Translations under genes and position numbers: made by a program | NCBI RefSeq assembly: GCF_000143415.4 | Contig: NW_003314303.1 | Coordinates: forward strand, 310,460 to 374,459 | DNA: 64,000 nucleotides | Direction of reading: 5' to 3' | DNA from: Selaginella moellendorffii | Taxonomy: Eukaryota; Plantae; Lycopodiophyta | Shown: piece after piece, positions 51,108 to 64,000 of the stretch | How positions within the stretch are numbered: the stretch's first letter is position 1 | How the letters are laid out: each line of letters begins with the position of its first letter | The notes under the pieces: generated by a model | What the model saw: the letters and a program-made list of their open reading frames with translations, nothing else | Databases searched by the model: none | What the model was told of the DNA's origin: nothing

Positions 51108-53270
51108 TTACAACTTTTTGCGTGCCAGGAGCAAGCTGTGAACGAAGGCGATGGCGATCTCCCTGGACCGGCTGTCGTGCGATTGCACCAGCTGCATCAG
51201 CTTGGACGGCTTGCAATGCTGCGCGATGAAGTCGCTACACGTCTGGTCCGCCTCCATGCAGCACAGCAGGATCACCATCACGCTCACTTGCTCTTCGGGC
51301 GTCTCGGACTCGAGGCACTGGAGGAGATACGGTGCAGCCCCCTCGGACACCTTGGCGATCGCGCAAAGGTCGAAAGAGACGAGCTGCTCCAAGAGAAAGA
51401 TCGCCGCTGCTCTTGGAGCCCGGAGGGCCGGAGAGGTCCGATCCACCACAACCTGTTCCTGGAGGACTTCCACGAGCGCGGGGACGAGCTGGAGAGCCTC
51501 GAGCTCTGGCGAGGGGAGCTTGAGCAAGTAGAGAAGAACCACTGCCTGTGGAATCCTGCCTTGTTGGAGAGTCTTGCTCACCCATCCGAGACTTGGGTCG
51601 TAGTCTACTATCCGCCGCCGAACAGCCTCGTTGTTGTGGACGAACTCGGTTAGCAGGCAAACCGCTGTTCTTTGCGTTTGCAGGGACTTGGACGTAACCA
51701 TGAACTCCATCATGACATCGATGACTACCGGCTTGGTCAAGAAGGCTTCGAGACGAGGATTGCCTTTGGATTCCATCCAGACGCGGGCAATGACTGGAAC
51801 AACTTGCTCGCAATCTTGGAGGTTCTCGACGGAACACAACGTTACAACGGCTTTCCTCAGATCCTCCATATTCTTCGAAGTATCAAGCTTTATCGGTGTC
51901 TCGGCCAGCGGTATCTTTTTGTCCGTAGAAATTTCCGTAGACGAGAAAGGCGAGGATTGGCTGCATGAAAGCAATACTGGTGTTATCCTCAAGGGACAGA
52001 CGGGAAAGTAGAAGAAAAACTGCTCACCTCACAGTCGAATAGGCTGGTGATCCATTGTCCTACAGAACCGTATATATATTGAGAAAAGAAAAATGCCAAG
52101 TTGCCAAACATACCATTTCACTTCCGGACCGTACTCTCCAAGAGCCAAGTTCATTACCGTTCGACATTGATGGCTTCTTTGTCTGAAACGATAACGTTTA
52201 TTCAGCGGGAATGATCTAGATTTAGTTAGGTACCTCCTTCGGTGTTGTCGGAGATTCCATAATATTTCCAATACTCGGGCAAACGTTTTCCTTCGCCTTC
52301 GTTTTGTTTCTACAAAAAGAAAGAGAACGAGAGAGAGTAAGCTTAGCCAGCAGAAACTTGAAAAGCCTTACCGTTCAGACGGTGCCACCAAATTGCTCCT
52401 TGATAAAAACTCTCGCTGCACGTATTGAAGCCGAATTTGAGGAGTTTTCACGGACGGGAACTTCAAGGTGCCGCCTTTGCGGTGTTGAGAGATCGCATAC
52501 TGATAAAAACCCGCAAAAGCCTTCGTGTTCTCGTCCAGAGATTCCTGATAAAGACTCCTGAGAACATGTAGTTTTTCCTCACGCTCAAGGCACAGCTGGT
52601 CCAGAGGTCCCGATCGAACACTAGACGGGTGAAGCTGATGCCAAAAGCCTTTCAAGTCTGTATACAGCGCCTCAATAGAATAAGACGACTGCCGTGGAGA
52701 AATCTTTCCGGAGGAAGGCACCTTCTGTGTCGACGGATTTCCGGTCTCCTTGCTATACCACTCCTCCAACTTGGAAAACCGAGGGAGAAATAACTGCTTC
52801 CAGAGGGTGGGAGCGAACTCACTTCGCGAGATGCGAGGACCAACGTTGAACATCTGGAGGATGTGCCAAGCCACTTTGTAAGGATTGTGTCGCACCAGCC
52901 AGACCAGAGCCAGGTACAAGTGTGCCGACGCCGAGACGAAAGAATTCCGAGACCTTCCCAGCAGCTTGAGGTACCTGACTGCTCGCTCGAGCTCTTCACC
53001 GTGGACATCCTTCACAGAAAGGACGGCCTTTTCGAAACCATCGACAGCCCAGCTGAGATTCGCGTGCTCGGCGTGTTCATGGTAGCTACCATTGGCCGCG
53101 TTCTGCCTCGCGAGATGCTTGAGCCACTCACGGTCTTGCGAATTCCTGAGAAGGGTCTTGGCGTAACCATTCGCGATCAAGACCACTGCTTTCAGCAACG
53201 CTGCACCGTCTCGGAGCTTCCCATTCTCGACGATGGATTCGTGAGACAATCTCTCTCGTAGAGGAGCCAT
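51108..53270 (-). CDS. LIN/CERBERUS-like armadillo-repeat protein with no U-box or WD40 region evident
   Basis: SASAHLYLALVW, SRSEFAPTLWKQLFLP...EWY and LYQESLDENT..FA.FY. The last exon has LRKAVVTLC..E.L..CE..V..IARVW. Confidence 0.75.
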
Positions 53271-53798
53271 CGTGAATCTGGAAAAAAAAAAAGGCAGAGA
53301 GAAGAGAGAAAATTCAGCTAAGAATGGTGAAGAGAATTGCGAGAGACTTACAATTGGTTGAGACTTGAAATCGCGGTCCGGGTTCCCACCAATCGCTCGA
53401 CCTGGTAGAAGAAGAAAGGATCAGGCCAACGAAATCTAGCGATTTCCCTCCAGATTCAAACCGGAGATAAAGAAACAAGGGAAAGCAAACAAGAGCGTAA
53501 AAAAATCACGCACAGGGCCTCAGCCGGTCAGGATTCCCGTGACAAGAATCTAGGTTTCCTCAACCAAGATCCCTGATTTCTAATGGCGACGAAACGGATT
53601 CTTCCGCGCACGTTACGTACCTCCGCCGCCAGCGTCGCCTTGCCCGTGCCAGCGCCGCCATCGTCATGGCTTCCTCAACGCTCGCCCGTCCTAGCTAGAA
53701 AATATAAACAAGAAACCAAAATAGGGTTCTTCCACAAAATGGCGGGAAAAGTTCGAAACCAAGCATATCCACAACACTGCACAGAGAATATTCTTTTT

Positions 53799-54896
53799 TC
53801 AAAGCTGGAAGGTTGACAGGATCCATCCTCTCGCGGCAGACTGCGCAAATGGAATGTAGCTGAGACTATACCTGGAAAAAAAAACCAAGAAGAAAACGAT
53901 GATGGTTTCAAACAATCAACATTGTCACTGGATTTTTTATTTACCAGAGGAGAGCGAACGCCTGGATGATGATGGATAAGATCGTGAGCAATCGATCGTG
54001 GAGCTGGAAGAAAGGAAAAAATAAATTTGGAGTGTTAGTAGAGAACCTTCCAGCGATGGAAGAAAAAATCAAAGCAATCTAGTGATTTTACATGGAGAGC
54101 ACAGAAGAGGGCTAGGAAGATACTGAAAATGTAGATGGCGGTGGAAAGAATGCGCACGGGATCAAACATCATGTCCAGTTGCTTCCTTGGTCCGACCAAA
54201 AATCCTGTACTGGTGGAGACATTTCACGAGCAAAAAAATAAAATAAATGAGTGAGAGAGCTCAAGCTAAAGTTTCTAGAACAAGCTCAATCAAACTGGAG
54301 AGAAAGATCGAAGTATAAGAATGAATTAGAGGAGGAGAGTGGAAAGATCAACAAGGAGTGAAGATCACTAGAAAATGAAGAAGTGAAGATCACTAGAAGA
54401 GAGGAGTAGAAAGATCCACAAGGAGTGAAGATCACTAAAAGAGGAGTGGAAAGATCCACAAGGAGTGAAGATTACTAGAAGGAAAGAGTGAGCAAAAGAA
54501 CAAACCTTCCCAAAGACAAGAGATTGCCAATGGTGAAAGTGATAGCAAACTTCGTAGGCCGGAAGAACACCAGAGAAGACTGGAAGAAAAAGTTCAAAAA
54601 GTTTTAGCTTTGATCGATCAAACTAGATAGAGATTACCAGGAAGGAGCAGAAGATTCCCAGGCTCAGGCACGCTACAAACCCATACGCTCGCTGCGATCA
54701 ATCGATCAATCGGTTTGAAGCTGTGACGAGGAATGGATCAATCGATCGCACAGCGAATCCATACCTGGCGCGCCGTGAGCTTCCATCCCTGCTCGAATGT
54801 CGGAATGAGCGATTCTTCCTCGTCCGGGAGCTCCTCATCCGCCGGGAAGCCGACGAAGTTCCTGAGCCTGCCCACAGCGCTACTCACTCTGTCCAT
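53799..54896 (-). CDS. SFT2: Got1/SFT2-like vesicle transport protein (6 exons)
   Basis: Spliced translation: MDRVSS...LTARQ/RAYGFVACL.../KFAITFTIGNLLSLG/STGFLVGPRKQLDMMFDPVRI.../ALLW/YSLSYIPFA. Confidence 0.9.
54330..54490. repeat. Intronic ~40-bp purine-rich tandem repeat
   Basis: GAGTGGAAAGATCCACAAGGAGTGAAGATCACTAGAA-like units. Confidence 0.8.
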
Positions 54897-54937
54897 GGAA
54901 AAATGGGAAGAACCCTAAAATACAGTAGCCAAAAGCT
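54897..54937. promoter_or_regulatory. 41-bp spacer between divergent start codons, containing a telo-box-like AACCCTAA
   Basis: CAT at 54894-54896, ATG at 54938 and AACCCTAA at 54911-54918. Confidence 0.6.
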
Positions 54938-56368
54938 ATGGCGTGGCGCCTTCTCGTGAGCGATGGCGCTGTGCAACCACTGGATCCAGGACACGCAGCG
55001 TCTTTCCTCAAGACGAAGCCGCAAGGTCAGTGATTCGACGGATCGCTCCATCGATCGATCTTGGGAAATGTGTTTCTCTTTCTCGTTCCATTCCAATGCA
55101 GGCGCATACACGACGACCAGGACAGTGGATGGAGCTTCGTGCTTGCTTCTATGGGAGAGGCATCTCGCGCGGCTCGCGCAATCCTTGCATATCATGCGGA
55201 AGAAGGCAATCGATCAAAGAGCTCTCACGAAACTGGTGAATCCATCGCTTTATGCTGGATTGGAGGAAGCGCTGGCGAGAAGATCCGATGAAGAGGAGCT
55301 CGTTGTGACTGTTCTTGCTTGTAATAAGGATGAGGTACGTGAAAGAAAGAACAAAGGTTTAGAGGTTTTTCTTTTTCTTCCAGGGACCACTGCAAATATC
55401 TGTTCATATCACTGGCCTCGTCCCGGCTTCCACTGTTCCAGCACAAGTTTCTGTCATGGGTCCTAGTCGTGAAACTCCTCTTGCAAAATCTTCGCAGTGG
55501 GTCAGGTAAGAGCTCTCTATAATTTCCTTGAAAAGCATAAGCTTGCCATTCTTTCTCTCGCAGGACACGGCAAGTTTTGGAGCAATGCATGCCCAAGAAC
55601 ACTGCCGAAGTGATTCTCTCGAACGATGGACGGCATTTGCTCGAGGGACTCGTGACGAACTTCTTCGTTGTCTTGAGCACGTAAGTCTGTTTCTCTGGGT
55701 TGATGTTCTTTTCTAAGATTTTCTCTTGCTATAGTTTCCAGTGTCGGTGAAGGGTCGAGATCCGTCGTCCAGACAGCAGCGCTTGGGAATGGCGTGCTAC
55801 CCGGGACGGTCAGACAGCTTGTCATCGAGTAATAATTCGAAGTTTTGTCGAACTCACCCAAGCTCCTGTGTTTTCTGTTCTTTCAACTCTAGAATTTGCT
55901 CGGAGAAGAACATTCCGGTTCTCGAAGGCTCACCATCTTGGGACGAGCGCTACCTCTGGAAAGAAGCGTTTGTGACGAGTAAGAATCTCGCTGTATTTTC
56001 CGAGTTTTCACGTCCTTCCTTTGTATCAGGCAGCGTGAGACTGATCCAACCTGTGAGCAAAATCCAAATGCCAATGCCATGGAACGCAAGCTTCGATCCG
56101 GCGCAGTGGAATCCAAACCACTGGGATACTTTATCTCTCAAGGTAGAGCTTTTCCACGCAAAACTTCCTTGTGCTACTAACATTGTTCTCTTTTTTCAAC
56201 TCTCAGGCTCCCGGCAGCGTCACAAAGATACTACAGGTCTGTAATCTTGTTCTTGAAGAAAAAGTTGTTGCATTTTTTCATGTTTTAAAAGAAGTTCTAC
56301 AGAAGGAAGTGCTCGCGCGGGCAAAGTACCATGGCAGCTATGTCAGTAACTTAATCCCAGGAGCTTAA
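54938..56368 (+). CDS. Class IV aminotransferase-like (D-amino-acid aminotransferase/ADC-lyase fold) protein, multi-exon
   Basis: GAYTTTRT...LWERHLARL, AKSSQWV, ILSNDGRHLLEGLVTNFFVV, VQTAALGNGVLPGTVRQLVIE and WKEAFVT. Confidence 0.85.
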
Positions 56369-57122
56369 TTACTGATTTAGGGGCTAGATGCTATCAGTTT
56401 CTTTGTATATGTAGTTTGTTCATATACAAGATCACAGTTCTTGTGTGCCGTTTCATAGTGATTGGTATAAGATGTACTTATAGTATGAGAAATGATGAGA
56501 AGGTACTGGACTTGGCGATGGGACGGAAGCCGAAATGCAAAGACGAGCTTGCAAAAGCAGGATTTGTTGCAAAGAAGTTGGAGGGCACGACTTGTCGTGA
56601 CTGTCCTGACGTTTGTCACTCTTTGCCAGGTAATTCTTGGAACTTCGAAGTAGTTCCCTGGAGAAATTGAAGGGTGTTCTTGCGTTTAGTTATGATGAGA
56701 ATTCGGCCTGAATATAATGGTTTCTTCCAGGACCTTTAGCTTCACGCTCTTGGCTGCACCCACAAAGAGTTAAATGGCCAGAATGTTCTTTAGCGTTTGA
56801 CGACGAATTCTGCAATGATTGGTTCACGAGTAAGCCTGTTCCCGCCCAAATGGCGTAAGCCCGTGCCCATGAACCACTTTAAGGGGCGACTTCGTTAGCT
56901 ATTATCCTAAAAGTCATATAATTTTTTTGATTTGATTAAGAAAACCGGGGATTATATTTAGAATATATTTAAATATTCTAGGATATTCTATTATCTAACG
57001 GTTGTTATTCATTTAGATTAATCTAATTTATAAACATGTTTATAATTTATAACTTTCTTAACCCTTTGTAGTATATCTTTTTATTCTATCATTTATGCAA
57101 TAAGATAATCTTGGTTTTTAAA

Positions 57123-57222
57123 NNNNNNNNNNNNNNNNNNNNNNNNNNNNNNNNNNNNNNNNNNNNNNNNNNNNNNNNNNNNNNNNNNNNNNNNNNNNNN
57201 NNNNNNNNNNNNNNNNNNNNNN
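57123..57222. other. Assembly gap (100 N)
   Basis: Run of N. Confidence 1.
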
Positions 57223-57357
57223 TATTTGATCAATTGGATTAATAAGTAAGAATAACACTACTATTAAGCAAACCAAGCATTATTACATGCAACATGTAGC
57301 CATGTATTTATTTTTATCATTATAGTTTTCTAAACTAAAAACATTTTAAATTAAAAA

Positions 57358-57358
<1 letters not shown>

Positions 57359-57408
<50 letters not shown>
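57359..57408. repeat. (AT)n microsatellite
   Basis: Read directly from the sequence. Confidence 0.95.
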
Positions 57409-57411
<3 letters not shown>

Positions 57412-57549
57412 TTTTCTTATTTATATACCTAGTTTTATATCTAATATGTTTGCTTCCTTCTAGTGTTATCAAACATTTCTTTCTCATATGTAGGCCATCT
57501 TTATTTATTTTCATTCAATTTTTTGGAATAAAATGTGGTAGGACAACCA

Positions 57550-59230
57550 CATTACCTTAGTGTAACATCAATCATATTATCACACTCTTGTTACAACATG
57601 GCATCAATGACATTGCCAAATGTAACATTATGCACTTCAAAGGGTTTATGAAGTTTTGGGATCTTGAGAATAAAAACCAAGATGCATCATTATGCATTTT
57701 GAAGTGTTTATCAAGATTTAGATTTTGAGAATAAAAATTGTAGTTCAAATCTCCTTCAATTTTACAAAAGCACTTTAATGAGTTAGTGTTCAATGAATGG
57801 TATACTACCCTTCACTAACTTAGTCAATGGAAGAGCAATAGTTATTAAATTGTGAATAAACTTGTGATATTATTTTTAAAAAGGAATAAACATCTAATAT
57901 AGTGGTCAAGACTTCCTAGGATTTCACCACTTCTACCTTCTTTAGATCCACCTCAATTACACCACCATCAATTATATGCTCAAAAAAGTTCACACGTAAT
58001 TGACCAAAAGCACATTTTCTCTCCTTAGTATATAATTTATTTTCTTGCAACTTCTAAAACACTAAACCTAAATGTTCAAATGATCTTCCAGCATTTTATT
58101 GAAGACTAGAATATTATCGATATATAGAATAACATATATGTCCAAATAATTTCTAAATATTTTATTCATCATCATACTAAATATACCCAAGGTATTATAT
58201 AATCTAAATAGCATAATCATGAACTCATCATATAATCCATAATAAGTCTTAAAAGTTATCTTTTCCACATTCTAATTTGCCACCTGTATCTGATGATACC
58301 TAGATTGCAAATCAAGCTAGGTAAAATAATTAGCATTTAAGAGTTAATCAAATAAATTATCAATACAAGACAATAGATAACTATTTTTTATTATAATTTT
58401 GTTGATGGCCCAATAATAGATATACATCCTCATAATACCATTCTTTTTCATAACAAAAAATACCAGCATTCCATAAGGCAACTTACTTGGTTAGTTATGA
58501 GTTTTGTCATAAAGCTCTATAAATTGCTTCTTAAGTTTAACCATCTTTTTGATATTTAAATAATATAGAGTTTTAATGCAGAATAATCTCAATTCAATGA
58601 TTAACTTCATAGCTAAAATGTAGCTTTGACGGTAAATCATTTAAAAAGTTCTTTTGATCCCTCACCAATAACTCCAAAATTTTCTTTAATATAAGATTAA
58701 TCTTATCACCGATTCAAATTTGATTATAGTCACTCTCACCTTCTACCACTTGAACCCAAAAGGTATAACATCCTTTCTTAATTACTTTTTTGAGCTACTA
58801 TTATAATTAAGAACTTAGTATCTCAATCCTTTTAAGAGTGCTTTTGCAATTGAAAAAAGACATTAAAAAATCCTTCTAACTTTAATATGATACAATTTTG
58901 TTTAACATTATATATCCTTTAGATATACTTTGTTAAAGAAATCCATACCAAATATCATTTGAAAATTTAGTATCTTCAACATTATTAAGTTCAGTATTTA
59001 TTTCCACTTTGATATTTTTATTGAAACATCACTCATAAATTTCCTAGCAACTCACACACCTTCTGCAAAGCAAAAGTGTATGGTTGACATTTGCTTAGCT
59101 TTTAGTCTTAAAAACTTAATCAAATCATTAAGGATCATGTTGTGTGTAGCTTTTGTGTCAATCATTAATAAAATGATACATTAACGGATCAATGCTTGCA
59201 TTGATTGTGAGAAAAGTTTGAGGAAAATAA
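57550..59230 (-). pseudogene. Highly decayed Ty3/gypsy protease, RT and RNase H remnant
   Basis: KITFKTYYGLY.EF..MLF.LYN...YIDNILVF, HNDAS and LIDTKATHN. Related direct repeats at ~56955-57070 and ~59880-59985. Confidence 0.8.
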
Positions 59231-59509
59231 CTCATCACTCCTTTTTTTCATAGTCTACATTAACTAATTTAGCAATTCAACTTTACTAACACCATCTTCC
59301 CTTGTAAGATTGACATAAGATTTTGTGTTATGCTTATTTAGACATTTTGAGGACTCCACCACCCTAGGCTTGAGCCATGATGCTGCTGTTCAATCTCAGG
59401 GTAGAGCATCCACTGGATTGCTATGAGCTGGTAAGTCTTGCATGGTGTACTTGATGATGATGTCCTTGAAATTGATTGCATTGCCACCCAAATTTCCTCT
59501 GTTATGGTG

Positions 59510-59655
59510 AACTTACCATTGTAGATGACAATCACTCCGACATTCCACAGTGTCGCGAGCTTCTCAGCCTTGCCACAGAGTCCCTTTAGCCACTTCGTTT
59601 CCCTCCTCGACTTGTCATTCCGTATGAGTTCAATAGGAAGTTTTTGCATTCCCAA
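59510..59655 (-). pseudogene. Degenerate type I MADS-box fragment
   Basis: KLPIELIRNDKSRRET...KGLCGKAEKLATL. Confidence 0.65.
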
Positions 59656-60009
59656 TGACTCTTCACGCCATGAGGCGCGCGAGATTGTGAGAAATGCGAA
59701 TTCAAACTGGACGGCACTGTCTAGTTGTACCGGCACGTAAACCACAAATAGCTCCCCATGGCATCCATACAAAATGGCCACAATGCATTGCCACAGCTCA
59801 CAATGAGCTTTCCATCTCTAAACAGGAATTTTTGGTTTTCTTAAACAAACCTGTAGGAGGACTGGGATGGTAATGAATATACTTAGAATATGCTTGGATA
59901 TTCTTGGATATTCTATCATCCAATGGTGGTTATTCATTTAGATTAATTTTGTTTATAATTTATAAACTTTTTTAACCACTTTGTATCATCATGAGCGTAC
60001 ATGGTTTTT

Positions 60010-60340
60010 GGAGCATGAGCCAAAGAAACTGTGTAATGTAAAGTGCATTGGTTGGGCTCTATGTCCATAATGGCAATTGCAAGGGAGCTCTCAAAGTTCC
60101 ACTGCCAAAGCCCTTAATCCAGGATCTGCCATGAAGCAGAGAATCTGGAGCCAAGACTGGATGGACGAAGCAGCCAGTGATCCACATGAAGGGAAGAATG
60201 AAAAATAGGAGGAGCGCTCATAGAGGCCTCCCAGCCTCAATTGTGACAAGCATGAAGCATTGAAACCAGCTCAGGGATTTGAGTAGTGCCCCCTCGAGAT
60301 CAATCATGATGCTATCGTTGTTCCTGGCCGCTGCATTGTC
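60010..60340 (-). pseudogene. Glycerol-3-phosphate acyltransferase (plant sn-2 GPAT) N-terminal fragment
   Basis: DLEGALLKSLSWFQCFMLVTIEAGRPL*ALLLF resembles DLDGTLL.SRS.FPYFMLVA.EAG..RALILL. Confidence 0.7.
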
Positions 60341-60973
60341 CATTGGCTCCAATGGATTGCTCTTGTCCCTAGGAAGTGTCAAGAAAATCATATTTGGACT
60401 AGTGAATTGATTGAGAATTGGCTCGCCCTGGAGGTTTGAGCTGAGAGCCATGATCCAGGATCAGAAACCCACTATGGCAGTACTGATTGATTGCCCAGAA
60501 TCAATCAATCAACCTGGAACGCATCTATGGATGGAGCATAGATCTTCCTCTGTATGGCTCCCTATTGGGCTGTGGGTAGAAAACAAAGATCAGTGGAGGA
60601 CAATCTTTCTATTCCTATTCATTCCTCTTTTCTAAAGCGACCGATGGAGGGAGATTGTAGCAGCTAAGGAGTAAAGTCAGGCTACTTCTAGCTTCAGCTT
60701 GGTCGATGATGAGAAGTATCTGGCAAGGATGTTTACAAATGAGGAGAGTCAGTGCACGAAAAGGCTGAAAAGGTTCAAAAGATTTGTCACCTGCCGAATT
60801 GGTTTATTGTCTACCATAACCCTAAGTTTGGCAAGTTGACAGATTTTAGTTTTTAGCTCAAAGTTTTATTCTTTTTTGTTTTTGATTCTTCAAAGTGAAG
60901 TCTAGCTTATTTTTGGATCTTTTTACTAGTATAAATTAACTAAAGGTAATTCTATTTAATCAATCACATAGAT

Positions 60974-62492
60974 ATGTCAGATTTGGATAGTGCTATGGAT
61001 ATTATTCAGTTGTCACCCGCTGAGGATTTGTCTACAGAAACAAATTCTTATGAAGGTTTGGTTTTTCTCTTTATTCCTTAGTATTTCTTGATTTATTTCT
61101 CTTTTTTTTTGTAGTTTCACAAGCAAAGAGGACAAAGTTGACCATCCTAAAAGCCACTATTGCATCACTTGTCTTTGAAAAAGAAAATTCAACCAAAATT
61201 CTTGAGCTAAAGGTTTTATCTACGTATGGATTTGAAATCATTTTTTTCTGTAGTTTTGATTTGCTTTTTGCCTAGGTATGGAACTTATAAAGTTCATCTT
61301 GCAAAGAACACTCTGCGAAGTGCAAAATACTTAACTTATATAATGGATTGTACAGATATGCATGGCTTGCAAAATTTAACTGTATATGGCAATTCATCCA
61401 TGTGTGCATGATTATATAATAAATTTATGGTTGGTAAATGTTTCTCACTTACAAGGTTTGTAATTTTTTTTAAAAAAATTAACAAGATTATAATTCTCTC
61501 ACTGCAGATGGGTTGAATGACAGAAAAACCCAGTTTACCACCATGGAACTTCAGAAAAAGTTCTTTATATTATAGATTCTTCTATCATTCAAATTATAGA
61601 TGATTTTGATGTTAAATTAAGATTACAGCCAACTAGAAGAGCTTCTATATCATCTTTAATGGCTACTAAAGTTTATCCACAAGCTATACATGCTGTTGTA
61701 ATCAACACTGGTGTTTTTCCTAAAATAAAGATTGCTTCTTCTGATAATCCTTTGGACGTAACTATGGTAATGTTTTTTCCTATTTAATTTTCTATTTCTA
61801 AGATATTTTCACAGCTCTATATGCATCTGGAGCATGAAGAGCAATATATTGTAGCAGATTTATATGCTGGATATATGCCCAAGTTTTTATTTTTTAATAT
61901 TATGAAAAGCATGAGTGTATCAGGTGATTTAGCAACACTTGGAAGTACTTTATTTTTACCATTAGTTGATTCAAACAAAATTCAGAGGCTCAATGAAGTT
62001 TATAAAACACACCGTGGTCTCACTTCTAAAGACAAGGTAATGTAAATTGTTTACATCTACTTTCAACTTTAACTTCCAATTATACAGATTAGTGGATATT
62101 TCATCCCTGACAACTAACAGAGCTTCACTCAAGCTGAAAGTCTTTGCTCATTTTGCTCTTTCACAATGTTAGAGCAGAGAGAAGATGGTTTTGTTGTTTG
62201 TACAAAGTGTAAAGGGCGTTCCATCCCTCGTAAATCAGCTACAATAACTGGTTCTATTATATCAAATGATATGATGGAATATAGAGTTACAGTGCGTGAT
62301 AAAATGGTGGATAAAATTTATAATTTGGATGAAGGGTCTATGGTCAAGTTTGCTATGGAGTCCCTAGAAAAGATTGTTGTTTATTTGTCTTCAAAACCAA
62401 CAGGATTCTTTCTATTGAATGAAATAAATATTATTGTCCATTTTGAGACACCAAACAATTCAGCCATGGAAATTGCCAACAACAAAAAATAG
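60974..62492 (+). CDS. RPA70-like OB-fold ssDNA-binding protein, probably Helitron-borne (multi-exon)
   Basis: Short introns. Terminal exon has C2-C2 zinc ribbon CSFC...CTKC followed by OB-like strands. Plant Helitrons often encode such genes. Confidence 0.55.
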
Positions 62493-64000
62493 ATACAATT
62501 GTCTCTTGTCTATTTTTCAATTGCTTTCTCTATAATACAAATATCTATTTGTGAAATCTTTCAGTGCTTCTCTTAAGAATTTCTAGATTTCAAAGCACAC
62601 AAACTAGAAATCCCATGGCAATGACTCACAAGATTGCTGTTGATTGCATTGCACAATCAATTAGAGAATTAATATGTAATAAACACAAGCTGCCTTTGAA
62701 AGCCCCTCTTAGGTAATCTACCACATTAACATTGTATGCCTAACACCGGAATCCAGGAAAATGATCATTGTGCATCTAGCTAGGGAGTTCCTTAAGGGTT
62801 TAAGAGAAGCTGGGTGAAGAATGTGGTGCATTGCTTTCTATACTAGATGTTAAACCCCATCTTGCAGTAAATGTGCAAGAAAATGAATATGAAAGAGCTT
62901 GAGCCACATGCAATTCCAAATTTCAACTTTGTTGTTGATTTGTTTGACCTAGATGCTTGAAGCCATGTATGCTCTTGTAGTGCTCTTGACAAAAGGGTTG
63001 GAAAAATCCTTGTATCTTTGACATCTCTTTATCACAGAGCTTGCAGATCGCTAAATTAAGGCTCTTGCTTCTGAATGACCATGCTCTTACTTGATCCTAC
63101 TGGATAACTTACAAAAGAAAAACAAAATAACTTAGAAGAAAGTTAAATGGGAAGGCACACATACATCAAAGGTTCGCTTTGGTTCTTGGCCCTGGATATC
63201 CATTTGTGGCAATGTTGAGCTCTCCTTCACCTTGTAGTAGCTCAAAAGAAATCATTTCAAGTACTTGCATCAAGGTATACAAAAAAAATGTCCTAACGAG
63301 AAAGAAAGTTACAAACTACTTCAAACCATCTTTGAGTCCATCAACTTTTCAGGGACTTGTCATTGGACGTGCAAGGGTTTTCCACAGCCAACCCTGTAAA
63401 CTCAAAACATCATGCTAGATACTAGTCTCCATAGTGAGAAGAATGTTACTTGTTTGTGGAATCATCCTACCTAGTCGAAGATATCTTGCTTGACATTTTG
63501 AACAACTTTCTTTGGACTTGGCTACCTCGTCCAGAGCTGCCACTGTCAATAGAGCCTAAAGATGCTCTCACTATGGATTTGTAATGATGAAAATCTTCTC
63601 TCTGGGCACAAGTAGAAGTTTAAGGCGCTGGAAGAGCTGCTGTCTCATAAGATTCGAGACGACACTGTCCCTACATTTGTATCCTCTAGTATAATTTTTG
63701 AACCTGCAAAGACTCTACATTTCCAATGGCAAAGTACTAAATCCAAACTTGAGAAACCAGCTCCAAAAACTAACAAAGCCACGAAAAAGGAAAAAGAAAA
63801 GGAAGAAAGAAAAAAAAAGGAGGAATGATCACACACCTTGTGCTGGATCTCTCTTCAATCTTTTAACCATATCCAGTGCCCTATTTAGTCCTTTAATCTG
63901 GTGTAGCGTAAAGAAGATGAAGACCATTCCTGAAAGACTTACAAAAACAAAATGTCACCTTCCCTCAGAAATCTCTTATTGCATGATCCATTCAGCTGCT

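Noticed and set aside
51138-53261. Plus-strand ORFs opposite the LIN-like gene
   Set aside because: Antisense shadows of GC-rich coding exons.

Overview
Land-plant nuclear DNA. The ~50-nt introns and very tight gene packing suggest a lycophyte such as Selaginella, but this is inference only. Bases 1-46 kb are a nest of transposons: decayed Ty3/gypsy elements, a clean solo LTR with a 5-bp TSD, TRIMs, six short LTRs carrying a 5S rRNA internal promoter (Cassandra-like), a decayed Mutator-like transposase, and Helitron ends flanking gene fragments. Bases 46.8-56.4 kb are a compact gene island: kelch-repeat gene, LIN-like ARM gene, SFT2-like gene and a class IV aminotransferase-like gene. After a 100-N gap come further retroelement remnants, MADS and GPAT fragments and an RPA70-like gene. 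The most unusual region is ~16.5-25.2 kb. It is a CpG-rich block carrying a mildly pseudogenised ~11-exon gene with ParB/Sulfiredoxin-like, degenerate DNA-amino-methyltransferase-like, acidic and FCP1/NIF-type HAD phosphatase regions. The whole block, including several introns, holds ~17 copies of a 22-bp palindrome (ATGGCRTGWGGCCWCAYGCCAT), and it starts with nested loop-less hairpins. All domain calls are by-eye motif recognition and have not been checked by database search.
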